Shown here: in pieces, positions 39,410 to 53,408 of the stretch | Numbering within the stretch: the stretch's first letter is position 1 | Layout of the letters: each line of letters opens with the position of its first letter | Notes under the pieces: model-generated | What the model saw: the letters and a program-made list of their open reading frames with translations, nothing else | Databases searched by the model: none | Told to the model about the DNA's origin: nothing | Assembly: GCA_965235115.1 (NCBI GenBank) | Contig: OZ249440.1 | Span: 34,040,001-34,104,000 of the forward strand | Direction: 5' to 3' | Length of the DNA: 64,000 bases | Source: Laetmonice hystrix | Lineage: Eukaryota | Program-made: the position numbers and the translations under genes

Positions 39410-42040
39410 ATGCCGACACGGCGGAAAACAAGTCACTACCCCTTCCAAACACTTAACCACCTTTTCCTCCAGGAGACTAACCATTTGCCCTGGGACATCC
39501 ACCCTGAGGCCCAAAAATTCCAACCTCTGGGAGGGACCCTCCATCTTGTCGTGAGCAATTGGGACACCTGCCTTCTCACACAATGCAATGAAAGCCCCCA
39601 AATCCCGAGCACATCGATCCCCATCCTGTGCGACTAAAAGGAAATCGTCTGACACATGCACACAAGCGAAAACACCCAAACTTCTTTCTGCCAAAGCCTT
39701 AAGCGCCCTGCTGAAACGGCCGAATATGGCACACGATGAACCAGCCCCCATCGGTAGGGTTGTTGCATAGTAAAACTGTCCCTTCCACCGAAACCCCAAC
39801 AGAGCGTAATCCAACGGGCTGATGGGGATAATCTTAAACGCCAACTTGATATCGGTCTTAGTCATAAAAGCTCCACGCCCTAAATCCCTCAACAATCCCA
39901 ACGCATCATCCATCGTAGAGTAGCATACCGTCTTCTCCGCCTGGGGAATGTTAAAATTCACAGAAGAAGAGTCCCCAAAAGGATGAGAAAGGTTATGAAT
40001 AAATCTGAACTCCCCGGGACCTTCTTGGGCTCTAACCGGAGTGGGGAGCAGTGAAACCTAGGGAACAGGGCTTGCAAAAACGGGCCTACCACCCAACCCT
40101 CCAAAGTCTCTTTGTGGATTTTCCTATCCATCACTTCAAGCCCATACGAGGGTTGGACATACCGAGAGTCAACACCCCCCAACATTGCACCCAAACCTAA
40201 ACCCTTCGAAAACCCCTCCGCCAGGTAAACAACCTCCTCCTCCGGGTAACCCACTCCCTGCAGCAACACTCCAAATCTGACTGGGTTAGGCAAGCAACTA
40301 TCAGGACCCCCCCCCCCCCAATTCGCTCCCCGACACCCTCCGGGGAGCAAGTTGACTTTCGGCCACTCCTGGGTTCCACACGGCTTGGCCCCTGTTGGGC
40401 CGGCTGAGGCTGCCAACCATCGAATGGCTGCGGGACCCGTATCCCTCGGAACCTAATAGAAGAATGGTTAAACATACAACCGCGCCTATTGCACGTACCT
40501 ATGTTATAATAATCAAAACACACACCCTTAGGGTAACCCCCACGCTGGAAAGGCGTACTCGGCTGACCTGGACCTACTTTTACCCCTGGACGCCTCGAAA
40601 GCAACAGCGCATCCATTGACAAATCTACATTCATAAGCTCCCACTTTATCGCACCCTCAGCCACCCCTTTGCAGTACTCCTCGTCATAGCGAAGCCAATC
40701 GCCACCCGATGCAGCGATCTTTTTTACCTGCTGATGATGTGCTGTCATAGCCATAGGCTCCGCCAACTCTGGACGTGACCTGGGGCCCGTTGCATAAAAA
40801 CATCCCCGCCCGCTCCGTTAAAATGTCCCGTTAAAATAGCGGGGACCTTTTAGGTGCCCGTTAAAAAACAACAGTTACCGGGAACATTAGCGGGTGGGAA
40901 TTTATTATGCAACGCAACGTCCCGTTAACTGACCATTAGCGGCCGATTTAACGGGCGGGGTTTTTTATGCAACGCACCCCTGAGCATTATCACTTGAAAC
41001 CTAGCATATGCCCGATGCCAATCCGACACAGAACGAATTTTCAGAACCAACTGGGGGGGGAACTAACACCTGAATTCATACCCAAGGTCAGAGACGTTTC
41101 CTGCTTGTAAATCAAGGAAGACAAATCTGCATACTGACCCTCAACAATTTTCATCTTCACTGAATCAGAAACCCCCATCACCAGAGAAGTCATTGAAGTA
41201 TTCAACTCGACAGGCAATGACCCTGACGAACAACGTTCCAACTGATCAAAAGGTATTGTACCTAGTGGTGCCGGCGCCATCCCGTCCTGCTGCATCGAAC
41301 CCTTTGCAGCTGCGGATCGGCCCAACATCCCCTCAGCCGGAGGACCCCCAGGGCCTCCTGCTGCTGCAGGAATAGCCTGCACCGACTCCACACCCTGCCA
41401 CACCGTACCATCCCGATCTCTCTGCCCAGTGTGCGATCGCACCATGCTCTGCGCCCCAACTCCACCTTCCTCCTCCCTACCCTGTAAAAACGCCGACAAC
41501 GCCTGGGTGACCCCCACCTCAACCGCCTTAGTGATTCCTTTCAGGATCTGCCCCGCCAATCCATCCCCCGAACCGTCCCACAGGCGAAGCAGACCCCACA
41601 CTACCACTCTCAGGTGCTTGCGATTCTCGAGCCGCCTCCGTGGCACGGCCCCCAAGTCTCCGAGCTCCGAGCCCCCTCATCCTTCCTCTCCCACAGGCAG
41701 TCACCGGAGCAACCTTTTGTCTTTGAGCCAATTCCTCCTGAATAAATCGGTGCCCTTCAACCCTTGGCCGAACCCTATGCCGCTGAGCACTCGCACGAAC
41801 ACCCTGGGATGCCACACCCCCACCGACGACCTGGTAACACGCGCTGCCCCCGCAGGATTCCTACAACAAGAAGTTGTATATCACCCCATCCTAAACTCAA
41901 GGGTCGACACGAATCAACACTCGCCATCCTCTTCATCACCCGTTTCAGAAGCGACCTCAAACTGCCGTACAACCTACAGTTTCCTTCTTGACTCAACTGC
42001 ACCCCATCCCTATGCAAAAGCCCCCTAGCCGCACATGTCC
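39410..42040 (-). mobile_element. Ngaro/DIRS-like retrotransposon remnant (gag-like ORF1 + RT; RNase H and tyrosine recombinase missing)
   Basis: RT motifs KTDIKLAFKIIPI, LGFRWKGQFYY..LPMG, VSDDFL, EGPSQRLEFLG; ORF1 motifs KIVEGQYADL, WLRYDEEY, CFDYYNIGTC..RGC.FNH. Confidence 0.8.
40783..40979. mobile_element. MITE, PIF/Harbinger-like, CTG TSD, inserted in the Ngaro-like ORF1
   Basis: 18-bp TIR GGGCCCGTTGCATAAAAA / TTTTTATGCAACGCACCC (2 mismatches); CTG on both flanks; removing it restores the frame VIMLRSRPELAEPM. Confidence 0.85.
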
Positions 42041-42360
42041 TAGATAGATAGAGATAGATTTATTGATTGAAAATCTTGACATAAAGTACAAAGTATGTAA
42101 TCAGGGTTGGCGAGCAGGGCAGACAACAGTAATAAAGGCAGACTTCAATACTAAGGCAAAAAGTTATAACATGGCCCAACTTATATGAAGAGCTCAATAA
42201 ACATTTGTGGTTATTAATCGTCTGTGTTTCTTTTAAATGATTTAGTGTGACAAATATTCGATATGTGTTTGCGTGACAGACAAAACGCGAAAAAACAAAA
42301 ATACATCATGTCGGGAGAAAAGTTCGTCGCTAGAAATGTTTGTACAGGCACTCATAGGCA
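42041..42360 (-). repeat. 3' end of another retroposon with a (TCTA)n tail
   Basis: Minus strand reads AATAAA then TCTATCTCTATCTATCTA; the far boundary is uncertain. Confidence 0.45.
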
Positions 42361-42370
42361 TACATCTGCA

Positions 42371-42401
<31 letters not shown>

Positions 42402-43415
42402 TTTATTGACATTTGAAGCGCAGGTGATGTATACAATATACAATGAGTTTATACCAACGTAAGCGCAAGGAAATGTCCCATTAATTAAGCAACACGAGGT
42501 AGGGGTAACAATACTAGGATGTAAGTCTCTTCGAAATCAAACGAGGTAAGACAAACGTCACTGAGACATGAGAGAGAGAGTTTGCGAAAATACCCCCGGG
42601 CTGCTAACCGAGGGTGTACATAACTTTGAGTGCTTTGTGGCAATAGCCTGCCACGAGCTTCTGGTCACCACTCATTAGGTCTTGCATGGAGGCAAAGTTT
42701 AGGCTGCCGCGAGCACTCCTTAGCGGGCGTGTATGTATACACTCGAGCAGCACGTGCATTTCGTCCTGCATGCGCCCACAGGGACAGAGGCGCGCTTCGA
42801 CGGGAATACGGGACCAGCGGCCCGTCTCCACCCGGAGGGAGTGGGAGCCCAGTCGGATACGCGTCGTTGAGATGCGTTCACACTCAGAGATTACACTATG
42901 GGTGTAAAGGGTGTGCGGGTAGACTGGTTGTCCCTGATACATTGGCGATGTTTCTCTAAGTTCACTGTGATAGGGCACTCCTGCAACGAGTCTTATTGCA
43001 CGTGCCTGCCCATGGGGCCCTTGACCTCAAACGCCATGTCAATGGCCTTTTGTACGGAACTGCTGGGGTAAGGATGCAGGTTCCGTAGCTTGCCTAAAAA
43101 CTCTACCTGCCTTGTGTGGATTAAGGCTCTAGGCTCACACATGCCCGTCTCGACCAAGATAGTGTCAGTACATGTCTGGGCCCTAACACCTAGCATTTCT
43201 TTGATGGAGCGGAGGTAGGGGCGATTTAAGCACTTGAAGTTAGATTTCATCCAGGTCTCACTGCTATAAAGCACGGCACTCTGCATCGCGCTATCCCAAA
43301 CAGTCCTCTTTACCGAGAAAGGTGCATCAAGGTTTTTTGAGCAAAAAGATGAAAATTTCAGTATGTGGGATGACTTTGCCTTACAATGTTCTTCCACTTG
43401 TCTAACATACATCTG
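42371..43415 (-). mobile_element. 3' fragment of CR1-group LINE 'B' with a (CTA)10 tail
   Basis: Post-RT and zinc-finger motifs LYSSETW, LGVR, RIRLGSHSLRVETGRW..LCPCG..DEMHVLLEC; AATAAAA followed by (CTA)n at 42371-42407. Confidence 0.8.
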
Positions 43416-46400
43416 GCATACATCGGAGATATTTTCGTTAAGGAAGAAGTCTTTAATGTTGGTGAAGTCCATATTGGGGTGTTTTGTTCTAATGTCTATA
43501 GTCCGTTTGCAAAAACATATTACATGTTCTTCGGATTGTAATAATCCGCATGAGCACAGCCGCTGCTCTCTGGGCGTGCGGCTCCACGTCCCTTTCTCAA
43601 TAGCTAGGTTGTGGGATGAGAGCCGTATGCAAGTCGCTGCCAGCCTGTGATGTTCGGGTGTCCAAGTTTCACCAGATTTGTACATACTGTGTACTGACAA
43701 TTCGGGGTTCACATTGACATATGAAATTGATTTGGTGCGAGTTGAGCTTACGGTTTTCTATATCATGCTTAATATGATCCACGTCTGATATAACGCCTCT
43801 CGTGTTTGCTGCGATGCATAGATTCCATATGAACATGAAAGGGTCGTCGGTTAGATCCTGGCGTTCCCGGATTAGCTTGGAGATGATTTGTTGTGTATCT
43901 TTCACTCGTGCTGACACCGATGTAATCCTAGTTCCAGTAAACAAGTTTTGTTAGTAGTGGATGTTCTCACTCCAAGTAGAGCCTTCACAGTTTCCAAGTA
44001 GTCTTTGTTTGCGACAGCAGCACTATTTTGGATCCACCCTTCGCAGCCATACAGAATTGCCGATAGCAGGGCTGAATCCATAACTTTACGTTTAATCCAA
44101 AAGGGGAAGTCGCAATTCTTGTCTAGGAATGCAATGAATTTCATAACGTGACTGCGTTTGGCCACCACTGACTGAGGTAGTAGGTGAGCCGTCTTGCGTG
44201 AAGATTGCGCCAAGATAGGTATACGAGTCACAGTTATCCACATGGAGATCGTCGATGATAATAGGGTGTTTATCATTTTGTTTCCCGTTTATTACCATGA
44301 ATTTGGTTTTACCGATGTTGACTACCATACCTGAAGCGGCAGAAAAACTCTGCAAAACCTTTAGTTTCGTAACTGCTTTTTCACGAGTCGTAGCCAAGAT
44401 GACGGTATCGTCCATCAAAAGCAAGCAGTGGACCCAGTTAAGAAAACTGTCTAAGCCGCATACCTCTTTTCGTTTGTCTCACCAGGTCATTTATGTACAG
44501 GGTAAACAGGCAACAACTCGATGGGCTGCCTTGGCGCAAACCCAACGTAGCGGTGATAGTCGCGGCACCGAGTATCATCCTCGTATCAGTGTATAAGCAT
44601 AAGATAGCCGTAACCATAGCATATCCACCGGTATCCACAGCCTAAACGGATTAGGGAACTAATGAGGGAGGCACGAGAGACTCTATTATATACGTCGATT
44701 TCTCCAAGGCATACGACAAACAATGTAACATGATGAGATATGGCGTAGTCTATGAGTAAACGTAAGGTAAGTATATGTTCAATACACCCTCTACCACGCT
44801 GAGCTCCGGCTTGCTCTCTGTCAGGCTTATACCATCTTCCTAAGCGTCGGCAAAGGATGGCGTCAAAGAGTTTTGCAAATGTGTCTGATACTGCGATACC
44901 ACTGTAGTTGTCACAATTCATGCGTGACCCTTTCTTAAAGATCACAAACAAACGTGATAAGGTCCAACTGACGGGGAAATCAGCTCTGTGAAAGAGCATT
45001 GTAAACAACAAGGCGAGAGCGACTATCCAAGCCTCTGGTAGGGATTTCAGGACCCCCGGCAGTATGCCGGAGGGGCCTCCACTATGATCAGATTTCATGG
45101 CGTAAATTGGCGATGTTTCTCTAAGTTCACTGTGATAGGGCACTCCTGCAACGAGTCTTATTGCACGTGCCTGCCCATGGGGCCCTTGACCTCAAACGCC
45201 ATGTCAATGGCCTTTTGTACGGAACTGCTGGGGTAAGGATGCAGGTTCCGTAGCTTGCCTAAAAACTCTACCTGCCTTGTGTGGATTAAGGCTCTAGGCT
45301 CACACATGCCCGTCTCGACCAAGATAGTGTCAGTACATGTCTGGGCCCTAACACCTAGCATTTCTTTGATGGAGCGGAGGTAGGGGCGATTTAAGCACTT
45401 GAAGTTAGATTTCATCCAGGTCTCACTGCTATAAAGCACGGCACTCTGCATCGCGCTATCCCAAACAGTCCTCTTTACCGAGAAAGGTGCATCAAGGTTT
45501 TTTGAGCAAAAAGATGAAAATTTCAGTATGTGGGATGACTTTGCCTTACAATGTTCTTCCACTTGTCTAACATACATCTGGCATACATCGGAGATATTTT
45601 CGTTAAGGAAGAAGTCTTTAATGTTGGTGAAGTCCATATTGGGGTGTTTTGTTCTAATGTCTATAGTCCGTTTGCAAAAACATATTACATGTTCTTCGGA
45701 TTGTAATAATCCGCATGAGCACAGCCGCTGCTCTCTGGGCGTGCGGCTCCACGTCCCTTTCTCAATAGCTAGGTTGTGGGATGAGAGCCGTATGCGAGTC
45801 GCTGCCAGCCTGTGATGTTCGGGTGTCCAAGTTTCACCAGATTTGTACATACTGTGTACTGACAATTCGGGGTTCACATTGACATATGAAATTGATTTGG
45901 TGCGAGTTGAGCTTACGGTTTTCTATATCATGCTTAATATGATCCACGTCTGATATAACGCCTCTCGTGTTTGCTGCGATGCATAGATTCCATATGAACA
46001 TGAAAGGGTCGTCGGTTAGATCCTGGCGTTCCCGGATTAGCTTGGAGATGATTTGTTGTGTATCTTTCACTCGTGCTGACACCGATGTAATCCTAGTTCC
46101 AGTAAACAAGTTTTGTTAGTAGTGGATGTTCTCACTCCAAGTAGAGCCTTCACAGTTTCCAAGTAGTCTTTGTTTGCGACAGCAGCACTATTTTGGATCC
46201 ACCCTTCGCAGCCATACAGAATTGCCGATAGCAGGGCTGAATCCATAACTTTACGTTTAATCCAAAAGGGGAAGTCGCAATTCTTGTCTAGGAATGCAAT
46301 GAATTTCATAACGTGACTGCGTTTGGCCACCACTGACTGAGGTAGTAGGTGAGCCGTCTTGCGTGAAGATTGCGCCAAGATAGGTATACGAGTCACAGTT

Positions 46401-47270
46401 ATCCACATGGAGATCGTCGATGATAATAGGGTGTTTATCATTTTGTTTCCCGTTTATCACCATGAATTTGGTTTTACCGATGTTGACTACCATACCTGAA
46501 GCGGCAGAAAAACTCTGCAAAACCTTTAGTTTCGTAACTGCTTTTTCACGAGTCGTAGCCAAGATGACGGTATCGTCCATCAAAAGCAAGCAGTGGACCC
46601 AGTTAAGAAAACTGTCTAAGCCGCATACCTCTTTTCGTTTGTCTCACCAGGTCATTTATGTACAGGGTAAACAGGCAACAACTCGATGGGCTGCCTTGGC
46701 GCAAACCCAACGTAGCGGTGATAGTCGCGGCACCGAGTATCATCCTCGTATCAGTGTATAAGCATAAGATAGCCGTAACCATAGCATATCCACCGGTATC
46801 CACAGCCTAAACGGATTAGGGAACTAATGAGGGAGGCACGAGAGACTCTATTATATACGTCGATTTCTCCAAGGCATACGACAAACAATGTAACATGATG
46901 AGATATGGCGTAGTCTATGAGTAAACGTAAGGTAAGTATATGTTCAATACACCCTCTACCACGCTGAGCTCCGGCTTGCTCTCTGTCAGGCTTATACCAT
47001 CTTCCTAAGCGTCGGCAAAGGATGGCGTCAAAGAGTTTTGCAAATGTGTCTGATACTGCGATACCACTGTAGTTGTCACAATTCATGCGTGACCCTTTCT
47101 TAAAGATCACAAACAAACGTGATAAGGTCCAACTGACGGGGAAATCAGCTCTGTGAAAGAGCATTGTAAACAACAAGGCGAGAGCGACTATCCAAGCCTC
47201 TGGTAGGGATTTCAGGACCCCCGGCAGTATGCCGGAGGGGCCTCCACTATGATCAGATTTCATGGCGTAA
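42941..47270. repeat. Tandem duplication, 2 x 2165 bp
   Basis: 42941-45105 matches 45106-47270 (twin ORFs offset by 2165); ATTG microhomology at 42941, 45106 and 47271. Confidence 0.95.
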
Positions 47271-48148
47271 ATTGTTTCTGCCACCTCAGCGGGAGTGATT
47301 GCATTGTCCGTGACTGGTATATATGGGCAACCATCTTGTGGGGCTACGAGGGGTTCGATATTGTCAGGGTCCAGTAGTTTTTCAAAATGTGTCTTGAATT
47401 CTTCGTCACTCGGCCTGTTGCATCCATTGTTCTGCTAGTACCTTCCAACGATTGTCCTTATCACTGGCAACTGTTCCTTGGGCGTCACCTACTTTGGCTT
47501 GCGAGATACATCTTCTAATATCATCATCGATCTGGTTGAACAACGCGTCCATGTCAGGCGTATCTCGGGGGTCGGGGGTTTCACAGTTTTCTAAAAGTTT
47601 GGTCATGCGCCAGCTAATTACCTCTGACCATTTGATCTGGCGGTGCATGAAACTGTTATCATGGTTCTGGGACATTGGCGTGTGGTCACCAAGTTGTGAT
47701 GCTCTCAGTTCTAGATTTTCCAAAATTATGCCCTGGCAGTCGACCGCTCCTACCGACACTGTAATGGACACATGGGCGTGGTTGGATGGTAACTTGGCAT
47801 CGTCTTTACTGTGGAGGTTGTGTACTGCCTTGAGCAACCTTCTTGATACATATATATGATCAAGTTCGGATATCCATGTGAGCCTCTGGCGATACGTGAG
47901 TCGGTGTGGGAATTGGAAGTTGGCACCACAAAGCCCGGTGATTAACACTGTTTCAAGATGCCACTCAGCAATTTGGCGTTTTCGTTCGGTGTGTCAATGA
48001 GGTCTGGAGACTGGCAATAGTAAAGGTCTGCTCCCCAATTTTCACTCAGGAAAATATCACGGAGGTTAGCATACCGTGAATTTGTATCTTCTAGGACCAT
48101 ATAAAGCTCATCTGGGTTCTCGCATAACATCGCGTTAAGTTGGGCGAT

Positions 48149-48282
48149 AACATCCATGTTGGGATAGGGTGAGTCCTTTGGCGGGATGTAGCAACATCCA
48201 TGTTGTGATAGGGTGAGTCCTTTGGCGGGATGTAGCAACATCCTTGTTGTGATAGGGTGAGTCCTTTGGCGGGATGTAGCAA
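48149..48282. repeat. 3 x 44-bp tandem repeat inside the APE domain
   Basis: TAGGGTGAGTCCTTTGGCGGGATGTAGCAA at 48165, 48209 and 48253. Confidence 0.9.
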
Positions 48283-49795
48283 GAGACAAAGGTGTTTGGT
48301 ATGTACATGAAGCGAAACTGGATGATGTCCGGTTTAGAACAATCCATATGAACAAGATCCTCATTAAGTTGGTTGCGGATGAGTACGGCGCACCCACCTC
48401 GGTGTACCGCAGTGTCATCTGAACTATAGTCCTGGGAGGTCATCCAGTTCAACCCCCATTTGAAACCCCAGAACATGTTATTATATCGTTCTAGGTGATA
48501 ATAGTGTGGGCAGTTAGTCTTAATATTTATGCAAACCCGAATGTTATAAAAATAAATCATTATTTTATAGTTAGAAAGTGTTATTTTAGAGCGCTGCTGC
48601 TCAAAAACCAGTGTACTGGCCGGGTGTCTTGGTCTTGGGCTGGTAGAGCCGTCAACACGTTCGTTGCCATCGCCTGGGCCAGAGACTGGCCGGCGATAAC
48701 GTACTCATAATCTGCATTGGCTACAATTTTATAGCCTGGGTTCGATCTGTTTGTGCTTTCATTGTCACTTGTGACATCATAGAATAGTTACCTACGTATT
48801 TTGATACATAATATTACAATGTTTCACTGACAAAAAGACAGTGCGTGCCTCGTTAAGTCAACTGTGGCTGTGACGTCATAGATAGGACGTGCAGCACAGT
48901 CGTCAACGACTAACGTAGACTGCAGTATTTTGCTGTCTAGCTCTCGTTTTATTAAAAGATGGATTAAAATACTACAGAAGCAGATACTTCGAAGGTCAGT
49001 GAATAGTCTCAGAAAATTATAGCATTATAATACCTCTGTAAACATCACTGTAGGCCCCTGATCCTACACAGCTTAGATTGGAGCCTGGCTGTCTATTGTG
49101 ATATTTAACGTCATTATCAAAGTTTTGGGAACTTTTAAATTTCCAAACAAAGCTCGCCATTCAAAAATGTGGTAGGACCCTATCGATCACAACACCATTT
49201 CGGGTGATCACGTGCGTCTTTTTATCGAAGACAATGTTTGAGCCGGCATTTTCCGGTTTCTGTTTCTCAGTAGCCTCAGATTCAAACATCCTCTTCCATT
49301 CTTTACGAATGGCAGGGTGTTGGTCCTTTTTTAACTTTAAGTGTTTCAGGTTTTCTGCTGTTGCCAAGGCCTTGGCATTCTGGAGGATTTCTCTTCTCTT
49401 AAACTCAGAGGGTAGCATTACTAGGGCCGGCCTTGTACTGTTGCCCTGTCTTGGGTCACCAAGGTGTTTCACCATGTATGTGAATCTGTCACCGTAGCAA
49501 ATTTTACCAAACACTTTGTCTAGTTTTTCGTTATCCGTTTTGGCCTCATCAATGTTGCGGCCGTTTTCTGGTAGACCTATAACTATCAAGTTGTTAGCTC
49601 CTTCTTTTGCATCCAAGCGTTCGAGTTGCCGCTGTTGGCTTACTACGGTACTTGCAATGTCTCGAACTGACCATGGAGCTTTATATTATCGTCTTTGATA
49701 ACTTTGTTCTCAGCTCGTACCTCGTTTACTATTCTTTTGAGATCGTCGGCGGCTTTACTTTGTCTTGCTTCCATTGCAATTTGGTGGCTCATTAG

Positions 49796-50332
49796 CAGAC
49801 CTGCCAAGTCCCCCGGTTTCACCGGGGGACCCCCGGTTTTTAACCTGATCCCCCGTCCCCCCGGTATGTCACAATTTTCTCACGGTAAATTGAAAACTCA
49901 CGTATGCACAAAAATGTAAACAAAACACAAGAAAAAGGATAGATAAATATGTTTGGACAATTTTAAGTTTAAAATATAATGAAAAAATATGTTTGAGTAT
50001 GTTTTTAAGTACATGTAGCAACTATATGCAACGCAGAACACTAAAAAAGGATACATAAAGAGAAAAAAAACAACATAAAGGAGCTGATGTCTTAGGACAA
50101 TTTTTTATTTTAAATTTATTAAACTGATGGTATGTTGTTGTGTACTTCATGTGTAGAATGTAGTGGCTCCATACTAACGTTTCTCCCCCACTCATAGGTC
50201 TATATCAGCTTCATAATGTAGTCTCCAGGTTTTCCCAAAAAAATCCCCCGGTTTTCCTCCCAATTTCCAGGTTTTTGGACACCAACTTTTAAAAATCTCC
50301 CGGTTTCTTCTCCCTGTAGGTTGGCAGGTCTG
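49796..50332. mobile_element. Non-autonomous hAT-like element with a 6-bp TSD, inserted in LINE ORF1
   Basis: 12-bp TIR CAGACCTGCCAA / TTGGCAGGTCTG; TSD CATTAG at 49790-49795 and 50333-50338; removal rejoins ..YGALM|SHQIAME.. Confidence 0.88.
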
Positions 50333-51214
50333 CATTAGGGCGCCATAGCCTTCCTCTTGTGTTTTGATTGTACCCCCGGCCATGACGAGGATGTAGTTTG
50401 CCATCTCTTCTCGTGTGTACTTGCCAGTGGTCGAGAGTCCAGCTAATCCCAGGGCCTTCAGCTGGTCGACAGAACTCACCATGTTCGGTCAGTTGTGATG
50501 ACGGCAATGGCTAACTTTGGTTATGGTTTTCCTGGTGCACGGAACTATTTCGCTGTAGAATGCTGGGTTAAGCAGAGACCAGATTCTTCCGATCGTCACA
50601 TTGAAGCTTTCCTAGGATCGTCTCCCAATAGTTGCCACTGTCTTAGCATGACATATCGACGGAAATCGGGGGAAATTATGCTGTATTGACGGAGCAAAAG
50701 AGCCCTCCATTGCCCGCTGCGGCCATGCTGCAGCCTACAATGACGCCAATACTCGAACCTCCAATCCATAGAGGCCATCCCCTTCAACCAACTATTCAAC
50801 TGCCTAAGCTTACATGGGTAACTAGGGAGCAACTCAGGTTATGAAGCCCAGGGGAACCCTGAACATATCACCGCCACCGACACAGCATACTCCTCCACAG
50901 CCATCCGAGCCAAGGACAGCAAGCGGTCCCCAACCGTCCACGCCTGGAGGCCAGGGTCACACAGATCATTGGCCCCCACTTGGCACCCCAAGACATGGGG
51001 CTGGCACTCGAACAACCCGAAAGCTGGGCCTGAACATCCAATGCCATAGCCCCTCCTATCGACTCAAACGTGACGTCTACTTCCACCAACCCGAAACTTT
51101 GCGACCGTCCTGAGCGCGCAATATACTCCCGTCCCGTATACGTCAGACATAAGCTGTAGCCACAGGGCAAAAAAACTGGAGCTCCCCACAACCCTGTGAT
51201 CTGCAAATAGATTA

Positions 51215-51640
51215 AGGCAGAAGTTTAATGTTATCCCTTTTGAAACCGGGCACTCGACCTGGCAGAACGAGCGTGTGATCTGTGGCGTAGTTAGTGATGA
51301 AGTGGATAACTCACTTGATGTCGTCCATTGACAGCATTCTTTCATGCCTCACTCTGCTACCCGATTTCTTCTCTTTGGGCACAAGACCCTCAGCGTTGTA
51401 GTCTTTCAGTAGTCCCGTAAGCCTGTCCTGGCTGAGTCTATTTTTTTAAAGGAGAAAGAGAAACAATAAGGAAAAATCTTTTAAAAATTACAATTTATTT
51501 TTTATTGAGTCATGTCTCGAAACAAGCAAAATAAGAATGATAAACATACCGTTCTTCCTTACCTAACTTGAATGTTTCCCTGCAGATTGCCTTCCAACCA
51601 ATAGTCTGTACGCTGATGTTCTCTGTAAATTACTGGCATC
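51215..51640 (-). pseudogene. Spliced fragment of a DNA transposase-like gene (possibly Sola-type)
   Basis: Two exon-like blocks with AG/GT borders reading ..ICRETFKL and LSQDRLTGLLKDYNAEGLVP..FITNYATDHTLVLPGRVPGFKRDNIKLLP; contains a stop and a frameshift; family is from recollection. Confidence 0.4.
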
Positions 51641-51970
51641 TACAAAGAGAAAGATACAAAAAAAGGCTCTCATTTTCTTCCACTTCAATTTCTAGCCAAT
51701 TCCAATTTTATTGACACAATTTTCGGAACAGGCAGACTTTTCACAGCCCTGATGAACTCTTGTTATATTTATGAATCTAATATATTTATTAACTCCTAAA
51801 ATTAAAAAACAAAGGTCTAACCTGAACTTGGAGGCTTTCAGTTTTTTTGGGGGTGTGTATACATTTAAAATGTAAAATTTGTTACACACACAAGTAGGTT
51901 ATTCCAATCAACAACGCCTTTATATAATGGATTCTGCTTAAATTTGTCTAATCTTGGCTGCATGGGTCTT

Positions 51971-53142
51971 TGTAGAAATATTTCGACTGTCAATAAGATA
52001 AGGTTGTGTTGGCTCACACTTACATGTATTACCAATTAAATTAGAAACAGGGATAGACATATAGGGGTATTGCTCACAAGGGAATACGTCGTAGGATTTA
52101 TTTCTGAGAGTACAGACGAACCAAGTTGACTGACATATTTCTCAGAGTGCACACGAACCAAGATGACTGACATCTTTCTCGGAACCAAGTCGAAGGGAAC
52201 TAAGCTAGGTGACTCATATACATATTTCTGGGAGTCCAGACGAACTAAGGTGCCAACATCTTTCTTGGCGTCTGGTGACCGACATAATTAAATAGTCGAT
52301 AGGAGCACAGGAATGGGCATAGAGGTAAGCCAATGAGAAAGAGGCACGTAAGAAAAGGGGATTTTTACCCCGGAGACAGACAGGTATAAATAGTCAAGAC
52401 TTAACGGAAAAGGGGGATAGTGCGGCCTCACCTGAGAGAGAAATGCGTGAAGGGAGTGAACAGGAGAGTTCCCGCTAGGGAGCTTGTGCGCGAGTTAAAT
52501 GTTATTCCCGGAGTATGGGGACGGATGGAATATTGTACGCGTTTAGAAGTTATTGTGGAAATAGACAACATTCGTGAAGTATATGTGGATTGTTATGTGC
52601 CAACTTGGATTATGTTCGTCAATATAAGGAGTTACCTACTCAGTGTGGAGGATGTTGATTAATGAAGGATTGAACCGGATTCCTGGAGTGTTATCCATCT
52701 CACCTGAACCCAGCGAAGCTACCAGAGCTAGCTCACCCCTATTAAGACTCTGTAACTTTATTGTGGCAGACCTCTCGCACTACTAACGGAATACCAAACG
52801 GACTACAAACCCTTATAGCCATATCAAGATATATATCGCGAGACCATAAGAAACCCCAACACAAGGTCATGGTCATAAGATAAGGCTACACAATAAGGTC
52901 ATGGTCTGACACACGTGAGAGTCCCTCCCTGATAAAGGTGCGAATCTGATCGTGAAATGACAGCCTGGAAACCAAAAATAGGACAGATATGATGCATAGG
53001 GAACCCAGGAAATAAATGAGGTGGAAGTAGAGTGGGAGAACCTAGGGGAAAATATTCTTTGAGCAGGCTTGGCCAGTAATACCACAAGAAGTCATACTGT
53101 GCCACACACTCAGTACTGTGACCAGCTCCAAACCGTACTACA
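51971..53142 (+). mobile_element. Possible solo LTR
   Basis: TGTAG...CTACA termini, TATAAATA at ~52385, AATAAA at ~53012; no TSD found. Confidence 0.3.
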
Positions 53143-53408
53143 GGAAGGCCTAACAACCACTCACCTGCAAGATACCTGGTAGAGACTGGAACACAGTGAA
53201 AGCTCTAAAAACTGATATTGGTGTCCTGGAATATACAGTGCACTTCCTAAGATTAGTGCCAGCCTAGGAAGACAAGAAATGGAAGATCTTAAAGCTGAAC
53301 CTAATAGTGCTAAAGGTAATAGTGCTAGGTAGAGGAATACAAGAAGAACACTGTGTGGGACTCATACGAAATGAGCACAGTCATGAATATTCCTGAGGCA
53401 AAGAACTA

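Larger units (their letters stand above)
43415..50520 (-). mobile_element. CR1-group (L2/Crack/Daphne-like) LINE 'A', near full-length, decayed
   Basis: ORF1 50482-49161 (coiled coil, NLIVIGLPE RRM-like motif); APE ~48560-47400 (RGGCAVLI, YIPP, DTNSR, SELDHI, SNH); RT 47284-46257 (NYSGIAV, EQAGAQRGR, GLRQG, LLMDDTV, YTYLG); zinc finger RLSSHNLAIE..LCSCG..EEHVICFC. Confidence 0.88.

Noticed and set aside
41429..42028. 199-aa plus-strand ORF
   Set aside because: Antisense shadow of the GC-rich Ngaro-like ORF1 region; no motifs.
50500..51130. GC-rich stretch with short ORFs upstream of LINE ORF1
   Set aside because: No recognisable motif or boundaries; cannot be assigned.
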